Below are positions 32,085 to 42,343 of a stretch of 64,000 bases of DNA, one piece after another (position 1 is the stretch's first letter; each line of letters starts with the position of its first letter). Where the stretch lies: NCBI GenBank assembly GCA_014240255.1, contig JAAZXG010000003.1, positions 7,087 through 71,086 of the forward strand. Reading direction: 5' to 3'. The notes under the pieces were generated by a model that saw only the letters and a list, made by a program, of their open reading frames with translations, did no database searches and was not told where the DNA came from. The translations under genes and the position numbers were made by a program. The stretch is from Methanobacteriota archaeon. Its GTDB lineage: Archaea; Thermoplasmatota; Poseidoniia; MGIII; CG-Epi1.

Positions 32085-33704
32085 TTATAAAATGGTTTTA
32101 GGTTTGTATTCGCCCCATACTTTTCGAAGAGAATTACAAATTTCACCAATAGTAACTTTCGCACTTACGGCTTCAATTATGTAAGGCATTAAATTTTCAT
32201 CAGTATTTGCCTTTTGTTCAATTTTGTCTAAATAATCTGTTATTTTGGGTCTTTTGTGTCTTAAGATAGATAATTTGTTAATTTGTTTCTTTATAGACTG
32301 TTCATTTAACTTAGTTGTTTCTTCAGTATCTTCAGTTTCTTTGTCCAAGTACCTATTAACTCCGACTATTGTTCTTTCGTTAGTTTCAACTTCTTTTTGG
32401 AATTTGTAGGCAGAATCCATTATTTGCGACTGAACCCATCCTTCTTCGATACACTCTAGCATTCCGCCTTTGTCATCTATTTCTGTGATTAAAGCCATAG
32501 AACGGTCATAAAGTTCTTGGGTCATTTTCTCTATAGCATATGAACCTGCTAAGGGATCTACAGTATATGGAATTCCTGATTCTTCAGCGATTATTTGTTG
32601 TGTTCTCAAAGCCACTTTAGCAGCTTTTTCAGAGGGAAGACCTAGTGCTTCATCCAAAGCATTTGTGTGTAAACTTTGTGTTCCTCCAAGAACTGCAGAA
32701 AGGGCCTGTATTGCAGTTCTAACCACATTATTGTGTGGTTGCTGTGCGGTTAGTGTTGAACCCCCAGTTTGAGTATGGAACTTCATAGTCATTGATTTTT
32801 CATTTTTAGATCCAAATCTTTCAGATATGATATTAGCCCACAATTTTCTTGCAGCTCTAAACTTAGCAATTTCATAAAGAAAATCATTGTGTCCATTAAA
32901 GAAAAAAGTCATTCTCGGAGCAAAATCATCGATATTCAATCCTTTTTCGATTGCAGCCTCAACATATGCTATTCCGTTAGCAATTGTGAAAGCTAATTCC
33001 TGTTCAGCAGTACATCCTGCTTCTCTTATATGGTATCCAGAAACTGATATTGTATTCCAGTTAGGAACTTTTTCAGCACAATATTCGAACACATCAGTTG
33101 TTAGCCTCATCGAATGTTTTGGAGGGAAAATATAAGTTCCTCTAGCAATATATTCTTTCAAAATGTCATTTTGAATAGTTCCTCTTAATTTTTCTTGAGA
33201 CACTCCTTGATTCACACCAGTGGCAATGTACATTGCTAAGAGAATAGATGCTGGAGCATTGATTGTCATACTGGTTGATACTTTGTCGAGGGGAACTTGG
33301 TCGAATAAAGCATCCATGTCTTCCACAGAGTCAATAGCAACACCCACTTTTCCAACTTCACCTGTTGCCATGCTGTCATCACTGTCATAACCAATTTGAG
33401 TTGGTAAATCGAATGCTACGGAAAGGCCGTTTTGACCTTCCGAAAGTAAGTATCTGAATCTTTCATTTGTTTCTTTGGCAGTTCCAAATCCCGCATATTG
33501 CCTCATTGTCCATAATTTCCCCCTGTATCCAGTTGCATGTATGCCTCTCGTGTAAGGAAATTCTCCAGGTAATTCAATTTCAGAATCATTTACATCTTCA
33601 GGAGTGTTTAGTATATCTCGTTCATCTAACAAAGTTTCTTTTCTTTCTGGGTACTTCTCCAGAGTTGGCTTTAGCGTCTCATCTTCCCATCGTTTCTTAC
33701 TCAT
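32085..33704 (-). CDS. mcmA: Methylmalonyl-CoA mutase, catalytic (large N-terminal) subunit
   Basis: [61 protein letters not shown] is the MCM substrate-barrel signature. No B12-binding domain is present, which indicates a split archaeal MCM. The ATG has GAGAGG 7 nt upstream; the six-frame ORF's TTG start is at 33719. Confidence 0.85.
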   Translation of the reverse strand: MSKKRWEDETLKPTLEKYPERKETLLDERDILNTPEDVNDSEIELPGEFPYTRGIHATGYRGKLWTMRQYAGFGTAKETNERFRYLLSEGQNGLSVAFDLPTQIGYDSDDSMATGEVGKVGVAIDSVEDMDALFDQVPLDKVSTSMTINAPASILLAMYIATGVNQGVSQEKLRGTIQNDILKEYIARGTYIFPPKHSMRLTTDVFEYCAEKVPNWNTISVSGYHIREAGCTAEQELAFTIANGIAYVEAAIEKGLNIDDFAPRMTFFFNGHNDFLYEIAKFRAARKLWANIISERFGSKNEKSMTMKFHTQTGGSTLTAQQPHNNVVRTAIQALSAVLGGTQSLHTNALDEALGLPSEKAAKVALRTQQIIAEESGIPYTVDPLAGSYAIEKMTQELYDRSMALITEIDDKGGMLECIEEGWVQSQIMDSAYKFQKEVETNERTIVGVNRYLDKETEDTEETTKLNEQSIKKQINKLSILRHKRPKITDYLDKIEQKANTDENLMPYIIEAVSAKVTIGEICNSLRKVWGEYKPKTIL

Positions 33705-34413
33705 CTCTAGGCCTCTCAAAATGATTAATGTATATTAGCATTTTTTTGTGCAATTTTTCTGCAACTACTTTAGCCTGTCCAGCCTCTACTTTCATGGGCT
33801 CCAACCAGAAACAGTATACATTTGTTCTGATATTATCTTTATAAAAATCAATTATACTGCGAAAAAGGTCTTTTTCTTTTCCAGTGCTTCCCCAATCCAC
33901 TAGTGGATTATCATAACAGAAAACTAGAGGTTGTATCATGTGTCCCGTATTTTCAGCAGCCTTGAAAACTCCCATTTTGAATGGATCTAAATCACCATAA
34001 GATGACGTAGTTCCCTCTGGAAAAATCCACAAGGGGTCTTTAGCTGCATTCCATTGGTTTAATTGATTTATAACTCCAGTTCGGGATTTTCTATTTTCAC
34101 GTTTAACCCATAACATTCCTACTTTTTCAGCAATGGCGCCAAAAAGAAGATAATCTCGTACTTCTATTTTAGAAACTGCACCTCCTGCTTTTAGAGCAAG
34201 TACAACGACTGGATCAAGATAACTAGTATGATTTGCAGCTAAAAAACCAGGTTGAGGTTTTCCATGGACATATATTTTCATATTATATCGTTTGGAAAGC
34301 TTCCGGGCTCTAATTGTTATTAATTTCTTGTATTCTTCTTTAGTGTATAAGCTAGTTTCAAGCCTTAATCTAACAAAAAAGTATACAAAATATAGGAGTT
34401 CGAATAACCACAC
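33697..34413 (-). CDS. plsC: PlsC-type 1-acyl-sn-glycerol-3-phosphate acyltransferase (lysophospholipid acyltransferase)
   Basis: HxxxxD motif in [13 protein letters not shown], motif [10 protein letters not shown], and an N-terminal membrane anchor. Confidence 0.6.
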   Translation of the reverse strand: MWLFELLYFVYFFVRLRLETSLYTKEEYKKLITIRARKLSKRYNMKIYVHGKPQPGFLAANHTSYLDPVVVLALKAGGAVSKIEVRDYLLFGAIAEKVGMLWVKRENRKSRTGVINQLNQWNAAKDPLWIFPEGTTSSYGDLDPFKMGVFKAAENTGHMIQPLVFCYDNPLVDWGSTGKEKDLFRSIIDFYKDNIRTNVYCFWLEPMKVEAGQAKVVAEKLHKKMLIYINHFERPRDE

Positions 34414-34454
34414 TAATGCCCTATGGGTTTGCAGTTAAAAAGAAAACTCTTTAC

Positions 34455-35069
34455 TTAAATTAATGGAGCTTCGAAATCATCAATGGTTTCATCAAGTTCT
34501 TCATCAGAACCAAGTGCCCCATTAATTCTCAATATTTCTCTTGCCATTAACCAGTAAATCAAAGCAAGCGAACGTCTTCCTTTGTTATTACCTGGTATTA
34601 CAATATCAATATCGGTAGTTAAATTGTTAGAATCACACATGGCCACTACGGGAATATTAATGTTTATGGCTTCTCTAAATGCCTGAGCATCAGCTGCCGG
34701 ATCAGTTAGAACGATAACTTTCGGTTCTATATAGAATTGCATTTCAGGGTTTGTTAATCTACCCGGTGTAAATCTTCCAGCAATACATGTAAATCCACAA
34801 TTCGTTGCAAATTTCTTTGCAGGTTTCCAACCATATTGTCTTGCAGAAACAACTAAAACATCTTTTGCTTCATATTCTTTGAGAAAATTAGCAGCTTCTG
34901 TGATTTTTTCTGAGGTCTTATTTACATTAAGTATTCGTAACCCATCATCTCTTACTTTGTATACGTAAGGTTCCATGTCTTTGCTCTTTTGCTTTGTCCC
35001 AATATGGACTCCACAGGTGAGGAAAGTATCCTCGTCAATGAGCAGTTCTTTTGCTTCGACTTCAGTCAT
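34455..35069 (-). CDS. rps2: 30S ribosomal protein S2
   Basis: LLIDEDTFLTCGVHIGTKQKS...ILNV matches the archaeal S2 N-terminus; it sits in the conserved rpoK-eno-rps2 arrangement. Confidence 0.85.
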   Translation of the reverse strand: MTEVEAKELLIDEDTFLTCGVHIGTKQKSKDMEPYVYKVRDDGLRILNVNKTSEKITEAANFLKEYEAKDVLVVSARQYGWKPAKKFATNCGFTCIAGRFTPGRLTNPEMQFYIEPKVIVLTDPAADAQAFREAININIPVVAMCDSNNLTTDIDIVIPGNNKGRRSLALIYWLMAREILRINGALGSDEELDETIDDFEAPLI

Positions 35070-36259
35070 CAGAGTTCCTCGCTGATTCGGACCAGTTCAT
35101 TAAGCTTTGCAATCCTTTCACCGCCCATAATTCCAGTTTTAATTGCATGCGAATCAAAAGCTACACCTAGATGAGCAATGGTTGTATCAGTTGTTTCACC
35201 ACTGCGGTGTGAAATAACAGTGGCCATGTCTGCTTGTTTAGCTAATTCCACTGCATTAATTGTATCAGTTAAGGTACCTATTTGATTAGGTTTAATCAGA
35301 ATTGAATTCGTTGAATTCATTTCTATGCCTTTTTGCAATCGTTCTGTATTTGTAACATATAGGTCATCGCCTATAATCAATGCATCAGTTTGCTCAGTTA
35401 AAAGCGCCCATGACTCAAAATCTTCTTGATCAAGTGGATCTTCAACTGAATGCAAATTATATTCTTCTATCATGCCTAATACAAAATCTACTTGTTCTTC
35501 AGGCGTTAAAGTTTGTTCTTTATATCTATACTTTCCATCATGATAAAATTCACTTGCAGCAATATCTAGTCCAGGTCTAATTTCTACTCCCGTTTCTTGC
35601 TCAATTTGATTTGCAGCTCTAACTACCAATTCAAGAGCTTCAATATTATCTAAGGGGGCAACCCAAGCTCCCTCATCTCCTTTACCTAATGCGATATTTG
35701 GAAATTTGTCTTTTAACAAAGAGCCCACTTTCTTGTGAACCATTGCATTTGCTTCAATGGCTGTATTGATGTCTTTATCGAAAGAAGTAACTAAATATTC
35801 TTGTATGTCAGTTCCGCCAATTGCATGAGCACCACCTCCCAAAACATTTGCCATTGGTGCTGGAAGTGAATATTTTGTTTTATTGCCTATGTGGTGATAT
35901 AAGCTAATATTCTTAGAATTTGCAGCTGCTTTTGCGGCAGCTAATGAAAATGCTACACTAACATTTCCTCCCATATTTCTAAAATTATTTGTTCCATCAG
36001 TTTCTTTTAGAAGACTATCAAAGGATTTTTGTTCATCAACGTTTTTTCCAATTAATTCAGGCATTAAGTTTTCTTCGGCAAATTGTATTCCTTTCGACAC
36101 CTCACCATTCGGCCAAGCTACTGCTTCATGAGTTCCTGTTGAAGCACCAGCAGGTGCAGCTGCTCTTCCAAATCCAGACTTCGTCTTAATTTCAGCTTCT
36201 ACAGTAGGGTTTCCCCTAGAATCAATAATTCTACGTATTGCAACGTCTTCAATAATCAC
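35069..36259 (-). CDS. eno: Enolase
   Basis: IIDSRGNPTVEAEI..., SGETTD and KPNQIGT motifs. Confidence 0.9.
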   Translation of the reverse strand: MIIEDVAIRRIIDSRGNPTVEAEIKTKSGFGRAAAPAGASTGTHEAVAWPNGEVSKGIQFAEENLMPELIGKNVDEQKSFDSLLKETDGTNNFRNMGGNVSVAFSLAAAKAAANSKNISLYHHIGNKTKYSLPAPMANVLGGGAHAIGGTDIQEYLVTSFDKDINTAIEANAMVHKKVGSLLKDKFPNIALGKGDEGAWVAPLDNIEALELVVRAANQIEQETGVEIRPGLDIAASEFYHDGKYRYKEQTLTPEEQVDFVLGMIEEYNLHSVEDPLDQEDFESWALLTEQTDALIIGDDLYVTNTERLQKGIEMNSTNSILIKPNQIGTLTDTINAVELAKQADMATVISHRSGETTDTTIAHLGVAFDSHAIKTGIMGGERIAKLNELVRISEEL

Positions 36260-36438
36260 TTATTCTCGCGGTCTACAATATCAATTGGAATTACACCTTG
36301 ATCGTATTCCATTTGAGCAATTATTACGGGGTCAATAATTTCTTTAGGCACTTTAATGTCAACTGGAGCACCCATAGAAATCTGAAGAGCTCTAGCTCCT
36401 ATTACGCGCGCTTTTTCAAATCTTGAATGTTCTCTCAA
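36256..36438 (-). CDS. rpoK: DNA-directed RNA polymerase subunit K (Rpb6/omega homolog)
   Basis: SRFEKARVIGARALQISMGAP...IAQMEY..GVIP is the RpoK/Rpb6 signature; 60 aa. Confidence 0.8.
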   Translation of the reverse strand: MREHSRFEKARVIGARALQISMGAPVDIKVPKEIIDPVIIAQMEYDQGVIPIDIVDRENK

Positions 36439-36561
36439 ATTTATACCAACTTCCCGATACTAAACTCGGGGTCCTTCGCTAATGAGACAACTATAAAAGC
36501 TTTCCTAATTACTTTGAATTGTCAAAAACTTGTTTAAAAATACGAATTGAATTTTTCAGAA

Positions 36562-36576
36562 ACTATTTAAATACGT
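36562..36576 (+). promoter_or_regulatory. Candidate TATA box (TATTTAAATA) upstream of the PGF-CTERM surface-protein gene
   Basis: AT-rich TATA-like element, with a second TTTAAAAATA about 35 nt further upstream. It is followed by AGGTGA 6 nt before ATG 36643. Confidence 0.3.
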
Positions 36577-36642
36577 TCTATGATGCCTAAAGTTACCCTG
36601 AGTCCTAGATTAGGGTATGTAGAACGCAAAAAAGGTGAAATA

Positions 36643-38670
36643 ATGGAACAAAACATGAAAACTTTCGGTGTTATCTTAGCAACTCTAGCTATGATTGCAT
36701 CAGTTTTAGTTATGCCAGTCGCAAGTGCAGAAGACGGTGATCTCCAAGCTACAATTAGTGGTGACGATGGTTCGACTTCTTTCGCTTCTGAACATGGTAC
36801 TGCAGTTTTTACTGTAGCGATATCAAGTGCAACAGGTGCAGCCCATACAAATGTGGCAATTGCCGTATCGTTTGAGGGTTGGTTGGATGGTAATAATTCA
36901 GCTACAATTGATGACTGTAGTGGCGGTACTGAATATAATTTGTCTGAAGGAGGAACTAGTTCAGCTTGTATTTCAGTGAATATGAGTTCTTCAGGTAACT
37001 CAGTAGGTAATTCGGTGGATATGATTGTTACAGTCACTTCAAATGAAGATGCTGATGGAACAAGTACTAACGGCTTGATAAAAATTTCTAACTGGATGAT
37101 TTCATCTGCTGACGGTGTCCAATCATATTCGGAAAATGTTACACACGATTACACTATAACTGTGGAAAACATCATGGTTGATGTAGATGGTAACGGTGTT
37201 AATTTAGATGAGCCCGTTTATATTACATTAGTAGAAATCAGTGGCGGATGGAATGTAGATAGTGCTGACAGTTCTTGGAATAAAGCAGATTTAACTGCAA
37301 CAATTGAATTCATTTCAGCAGACAGCTCTTATGATTTAGTATTGCAGATTCAATTGGTGGGTGAGATCGTGACTTCTTCTTCATATACTGGAGCGCCAGC
37401 AACTATTGGTTTCAATGCTTATGATAACTCAGAAACGCCATTCACAACTTTCATATTTCTTCAAGCAGAAATAGCTACTTTTTATGGAGTTGGAGTTACC
37501 TCATCAAGTGATGAATCTGATGTCTGGGACCCAACGACAACACTAGTAGACAATGGGTGTAATGGTGTAGCTGCAGGAATTGGTTGGGATGTTTCAGTGT
37601 TTAATTTTGGTAATGATAGAGATACTTTTGATGTTACATTTGACACCGCCGATGCAGGTTCTGCAGGCTGGACAGTAAATGGAGCAACTTCATTCACAAC
37701 TGATTTATTAGAACCTAAAGCAAATGATGGTGTTAGTACAATGCAAGTAGGCCTTATAGTTCCAACAGGTTTAGCAGCAGGTACAACACATAGTTTTTCA
37801 ATGACTGCAACTTCAAGTGGTGATGATACAAAATCCCGAACACAAACATTCTCAGCAACAGTAGCACAATGTTATGGTTTGGATATGACTGTAGATAGTA
37901 TGATGAATAGTGTAAATCCCGGTAGTAGTACAGATTTTACTTTTACAGTATCTAATAATGGTAATGGAGATGATACTTTCACTTACATGGTTATGGGTGC
38001 AGCAACTTGGAATCCGTCTTTAGGATCTTCTGAAACAGAAGTAGCTAGTGGAGAAAGTGGTCAAAATGTATTGACTGTCACAGTTCCAGCAGATGCTAGT
38101 TCAGATGCAGTCAGTGGAATGATTATGGTACATGCATATTCAGAAGTATGTGGTGACGACAGAGAAGATTGTGACTTTGAAGTTTCACAAACTGTCAGTG
38201 TATCAGCTAATCAAGTTTTTGATTTAACTGCAGGATATTATACTAATGAAACAGGCGCCGTTAAGGACAGTATTTCAGTTCAAGAAGGTATGGCTGTTCA
38301 GATGAAAGTTACAGTTACTAATAACGGAAATGGTATCGATCAAGTAACCTTATCTCTTGATGATAATGCACCTTCTTGGGTAACTATCTCGGCTGATCCA
38401 ATCTTAGTAGGACCTGGCTTGACTGAAACAATTTCAATAACTGCCATGGCTTCAGGTGCACTAGGAGATCATACTTTCCAAGTTATAGCAACTTCATCAG
38501 ATACGACAGTTACTTCAACCACTGATGCCTTAACTATAACAATCACAGAAAAGGGAACTGGAAGTGGACCAATTACTGAAGATGTTGAAGATGATGATTC
38601 GCCAGGGTTTGGAGCTATATCTGCAATTGCAGTATTAGGTGTAGTTCTTCTTCTACGTCGTAGGTCATAG
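36643..38670 (+). CDS. Secreted cell-surface protein with a PGF-CTERM archaeal sorting signal
   Basis: Signal peptide MKTFGVILATLAMIASVLVMPVASA. Repeated Ig-like modules (TVSNNGNGDDTF, VTNNGNGID). The C-terminus DDSPGFGAISAIAVLGVVLLLRRRS is PGF-TM-basic. The ATG follows AGGTGA. Confidence 0.65.
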   Translation: MEQNMKTFGVILATLAMIASVLVMPVASAEDGDLQATISGDDGSTSFASEHGTAVFTVAISSATGAAHTNVAIAVSFEGWLDGNNSATIDDCSGGTEYNLSEGGTSSACISVNMSSSGNSVGNSVDMIVTVTSNEDADGTSTNGLIKISNWMISSADGVQSYSENVTHDYTITVENIMVDVDGNGVNLDEPVYITLVEISGGWNVDSADSSWNKADLTATIEFISADSSYDLVLQIQLVGEIVTSSSYTGAPATIGFNAYDNSETPFTTFIFLQAEIATFYGVGVTSSSDESDVWDPTTTLVDNGCNGVAAGIGWDVSVFNFGNDRDTFDVTFDTADAGSAGWTVNGATSFTTDLLEPKANDGVSTMQVGLIVPTGLAAGTTHSFSMTATSSGDDTKSRTQTFSATVAQCYGLDMTVDSMMNSVNPGSSTDFTFTVSNNGNGDDTFTYMVMGAATWNPSLGSSETEVASGESGQNVLTVTVPADASSDAVSGMIMVHAYSEVCGDDREDCDFEVSQTVSVSANQVFDLTAGYYTNETGAVKDSISVQEGMAVQMKVTVTNNGNGIDQVTLSLDDNAPSWVTISADPILVGPGLTETISITAMASGALGDHTFQVIATSSDTTVTSTTDALTITITEKGTGSGPITEDVEDDDSPGFGAISAIAVLGVVLLLRRRS

Positions 38671-38680
38671 GAGAATTTAA

Positions 38681-40666
38681 ATGCAAAGTAATCGTAGACA
38701 AATTTTGTCATTTGTAGCTATTTTAATGATGGTTGTGTCTGCTTTTGCTTTCACGCCATCTGCAAGAGCTGAAGGTTCTCTTGATACTTCATTAGAAGGT
38801 TTTTACAATGTGTATTCGTTTGCATCAGTCAATGGGACTGCAGAATATGATCTCACACTAACTAATAATGGTGATGCTGATTTTGAAACCGTTTCAATAA
38901 CTGCCTCGTTTCAGGACACTAGCTGGGAGACTGCAAATGTTACATTTTCAACCTCTGAAGATAGCAATAATCAAACTTTTTCATTACCCTTAGCAGCTGG
39001 AGGATTAGCTCAAGTTCATGTTTCGGTTTTCGTAAGTAGTGACGCTAAAATTGATTTTGCGGAAGTACCTTTAACTCTTGATATTAATGCAGACGGTGCA
39101 GAGTCTAGTATAACTGCAATTGTATGTGTAACTAATTGGATAGCATACCAATCAAATTTCCCTTCCCCATTAGAATTGAATACTTACAATAAAGGCGATA
39201 ATTATACTTATAATTTAACAGTTAAGAATATTGCTGTGACTATGAATCCAGATCATACTACCTCTCCGGTAGACATAACTGATATGATTCAATTACAGTA
39301 TTCTTCACTTTCCGGATGGTCTGTAACCAGTACTGATGAATCTTGGCATCCATTTTATGGAGGTCAACTAGATGGTATGTTGGCAGATCAAGTTAAGACA
39401 TGGGAAGTAACAGTCAACTTAACAGGTAATGTTAAGGCAGGCGAAGACATTCTTAATTTCCAAGCATCTAGTACTAATCCCGATGATCCTTTTGGCATGC
39501 CTTATTATCAACCTTATGGACTTACTATAATTCCAGTTAGTGCAGTCGAATGGTACGGTGTTGGGTCTTCAGGTGGGGGAATGCGTAATGCAGATATAAA
39601 TGAAGGTTCTTCAATTCAAACTTGGTCTGTAGGCGTTAGTAATTTCGGTAACACAGCAGATACATTTGATTTAACTTGGAATTTAGATAATATTCCAGCA
39701 GGGTGGACAATTAGTGCTACACCAACGACTTCAGGTTCCATAGACTGGCAAGGTTCAACTAATTTCGACGTATCATTAACGGTACCTGCAGATGCATTAT
39801 CAGGAAGTTCAGCGTCATTTTCAATGACTGCAACATCAAGCTCTTCGTCAATTGAAACTAGTTCTCAGACTTTTGAAGTCATGGTTGATCAACATTATGG
39901 AGTTTCAATGGAAGTAGATACTGAGTCTAAAAATGGAGTTCCAGGTTCAACGGTCGAATTTAGTTTCAATCTAACGAATACTGGTAATGGCGAAGATACC
40001 TTTGATATTGCTATTGAAGGACCTACTATGTGGTCACCAATGTCAAGTACTACTTCGTTAATGGTTGGTGCCGTAAGTTCAGGACAGTTTTTAGTTTCAG
40101 TTATGGTTCCAAGTACAATGCCTGCAGATTCGAATAGTGGTGATATTACGGTTACAGTTACTTCTTCAGATGGTGTAACTGCTGTAAATTCAACAATTTC
40201 TGTTGTTTCATCACAAGTTTTCTCTATAAATATTGCTTATGTGGCAGGTTCTGATGGAATTGTGACTATTAGTGGGGATACTTCATTACAAATTAAACTT
40301 AATATAACTAATAATGGGAATGGTATAGATACCCTTTCATTAAAATTGGTTAATGCACCTGATTGGGCTACATTAGGTGCAGATACGCTAACTGTAGGGC
40401 CTATTCCAGTTCCTTTAGTAATTACATTGTCACCAGATAATGCCGCAGTTTCTGGAAGAGATTATACTTTCCAAGTTATTGCAACATCATTAGATGGTAC
40501 AGAATGGACAAGTCCCGATTTGACTGCTGAGATTGAAGCTCAAAAGATAGATAATACTGATGTTCAAGAAGAAGTATTAGATGAAGAAGATGATAGTCCT
40601 GGTTTTGGTATTTTAGCTTCATTACTTGCTTTTACATTTGTGGTCTATGGCCGTAGGAAAGATTAG
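38681..40666 (+). CDS. Secreted cell-surface protein with PGF-CTERM signal, paralog of the upstream gene
   Basis: Signal peptide, modules similar to the upstream gene (NTGNGEDTFD, ITNNGNGIDTLSL, DYTFQVIATSLD), and C-terminal DDSPGFGILASLLAFTFVVYGRRKD. Confidence 0.65.
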   Translation: MQSNRRQILSFVAILMMVVSAFAFTPSARAEGSLDTSLEGFYNVYSFASVNGTAEYDLTLTNNGDADFETVSITASFQDTSWETANVTFSTSEDSNNQTFSLPLAAGGLAQVHVSVFVSSDAKIDFAEVPLTLDINADGAESSITAIVCVTNWIAYQSNFPSPLELNTYNKGDNYTYNLTVKNIAVTMNPDHTTSPVDITDMIQLQYSSLSGWSVTSTDESWHPFYGGQLDGMLADQVKTWEVTVNLTGNVKAGEDILNFQASSTNPDDPFGMPYYQPYGLTIIPVSAVEWYGVGSSGGGMRNADINEGSSIQTWSVGVSNFGNTADTFDLTWNLDNIPAGWTISATPTTSGSIDWQGSTNFDVSLTVPADALSGSSASFSMTATSSSSSIETSSQTFEVMVDQHYGVSMEVDTESKNGVPGSTVEFSFNLTNTGNGEDTFDIAIEGPTMWSPMSSTTSLMVGAVSSGQFLVSVMVPSTMPADSNSGDITVTVTSSDGVTAVNSTISVVSSQVFSINIAYVAGSDGIVTISGDTSLQIKLNITNNGNGIDTLSLKLVNAPDWATLGADTLTVGPIPVPLVITLSPDNAAVSGRDYTFQVIATSLDGTEWTSPDLTAEIEAQKIDNTDVQEEVLDEEDDSPGFGILASLLAFTFVVYGRRKD

Positions 40667-40708
40667 TTTTAATCTATATCTTATAATTCACAAGCCTTTA
40701 GCAATAAA

Positions 40709-41518
40709 ATGAATGATACTTTAGAAGCGTGGTTGGCAGAGGATTTGGGTAAAGGAGATTTTACAAGTGAATCCGTTATTCCAAATGCTTATTGTCAAGC
40801 TCTAATTAATGGCGGACCAGGTAATCTTTCAGGAATAGATTTAGTTAATAATTTGTTAAGTAAAATGAACGTTATTTTTAGTACTAATTTTAAGGATGGG
40901 GATAAAATATCAGATAATGAATTGATATATGAATTGAGAGGTAATTCCCATGATATTATGAAAATTGAAAGACTGTCTCTCAATATACTATCACATTTTA
41001 GTGGTATTGCTACTTTGACTGCAAAGTTAGTTAAACTTACTAAAAAAATTAATCCTAATGTTGTCATTCTTGCTACACGTAAGACTATTCCAGGGATTAG
41101 GGAATTTTCTAAGAGAGCTGTAGTACATGGAGGAGGTATGACTCACAGGCTTAGGTTAGATGATGCAATATTGATTAAGGACAATCATTTGAAATTATCC
41201 AGTAGTATTGTAGAAGCTGTTAGAAAGTCCAAAGAAAGTCATCCGAATTTAACAATTGAAGTTGAAGTAGATACAATCGCCCAAGCCCTTGAGGTTACAA
41301 AATCGAAGGCCGACCGGGTAATGCTTGATAATTTCAGTCCCAAAGAAGTATCTGAAGCTGTTTCTAAAATAAGACAAATATCGGATATTGAAATTGAAGT
41401 ATCGGGAGGTATCAATTCAACCAATATAGCTAGTTATGCACCTTATGCTGATTTTATAAGTATGAGTAGTTTAACAATGTCAGCGCCACCAGTTGATTTT
41501 TCACTACATGTCATTTAA
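40709..41518 (+). CDS. nadC: Nicotinate-nucleotide pyrophosphorylase (carboxylating)
   Basis: QPRTase N-terminus LEAWLAEDLGKGDFTSESV, TRKT and HRLRLDDAILIKDNH segments, 269 aa. Confidence 0.8.
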   Translation: MNDTLEAWLAEDLGKGDFTSESVIPNAYCQALINGGPGNLSGIDLVNNLLSKMNVIFSTNFKDGDKISDNELIYELRGNSHDIMKIERLSLNILSHFSGIATLTAKLVKLTKKINPNVVILATRKTIPGIREFSKRAVVHGGGMTHRLRLDDAILIKDNHLKLSSSIVEAVRKSKESHPNLTIEVEVDTIAQALEVTKSKADRVMLDNFSPKEVSEAVSKIRQISDIEIEVSGGINSTNIASYAPYADFISMSSLTMSAPPVDFSLHVI

Positions 41519-41963
41519 AATCAGAATTCTTTGCTTTGATCAAGACGATCCTAAAAAATGCACAGCAAAAAGATTAGAGAAGTTTGGCCATTCCGATAAC
41601 TACAGTTCTTTTCGAAATTTGCCACCCCAAGGCATTGTGTTAGATCCTTTTTCAGATGTTATTTTGTCTAAGAGTGATAAAATTCTTGCAGAAATAGGAG
41701 GAATTGTTGGCGTTGATTGTTCTTGGAATATGGCTCATGAGACTTTTTCAAAACTTAGGTTGATGGGTTTAGAACCTCGTAGTTTACCTGGAATTGTACC
41801 TGTAAATCCAGTTAATGCAGGCAAAGTAGGTAAGTTGACAACAGCTGAAGCAATAGCTAGTGCATTAATGATCTGCGGGGACAAAGTTCAAGCCGAACAG
41901 ATTATGTCAAGATTCAAATGGGGGCCTGCTTTTTTGGTTCTTAATAAAATCTTTTGGAAATAA
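41508..41963 (+). CDS. tsr3: 16S rRNA aminocarboxypropyltransferase Tsr3-like (DUF367 with RLI-type N-terminal motif)
   Basis: ILCFDQDDPKKCTAKRL matches the Tsr3 DPKKCT signature; 151 aa; overlaps the nadC end. Confidence 0.55.
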   Translation: MSFKIRILCFDQDDPKKCTAKRLEKFGHSDNYSSFRNLPPQGIVLDPFSDVILSKSDKILAEIGGIVGVDCSWNMAHETFSKLRLMGLEPRSLPGIVPVNPVNAGKVGKLTTAEAIASALMICGDKVQAEQIMSRFKWGPAFLVLNKIFWK

Positions 41964-42006
41964 AAAATACTATAAACTACCTCAAGATAGTCAATACCTT
42001 ATAATT

Positions 42007-42309
42007 ATGGAAACAGTTACTGAGAGTGAATCAGATATTTGCTTTAATGGTGACAATCACCGTCTTTTCATAGAGGGCAGAGGATTTGATTTTCATAAAT
42101 TTGTAGTTAATCATAATGGTTCTGCTAATTTAGAATTATTTAGTTCTGAAAATCTTCTTTATACGTTGTTAGATTTCGAAGAACCACGTGTAATTTACGT
42201 AGTATCTAGGCTTGGAAGTAAAGATTTAATTTTACAAGGTTGTGTTATTAGAGAAATAATAGGTAATGAATGTTCCATATCATATTCTAAATTACAATCA
42301 GAATCATAA
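42007..42309 (+). CDS. Hypothetical protein (100 aa)
   Basis: ORF only. Confidence 0.3.
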   Translation: METVTESESDICFNGDNHRLFIEGRGFDFHKFVVNHNGSANLELFSSENLLYTLLDFEEPRVIYVVSRLGSKDLILQGCVIREIIGNECSISYSKLQSES

Positions 42310-42343
42310 GTGGCTTAATTTACTGCGTTCGTTGTAACTTAAT

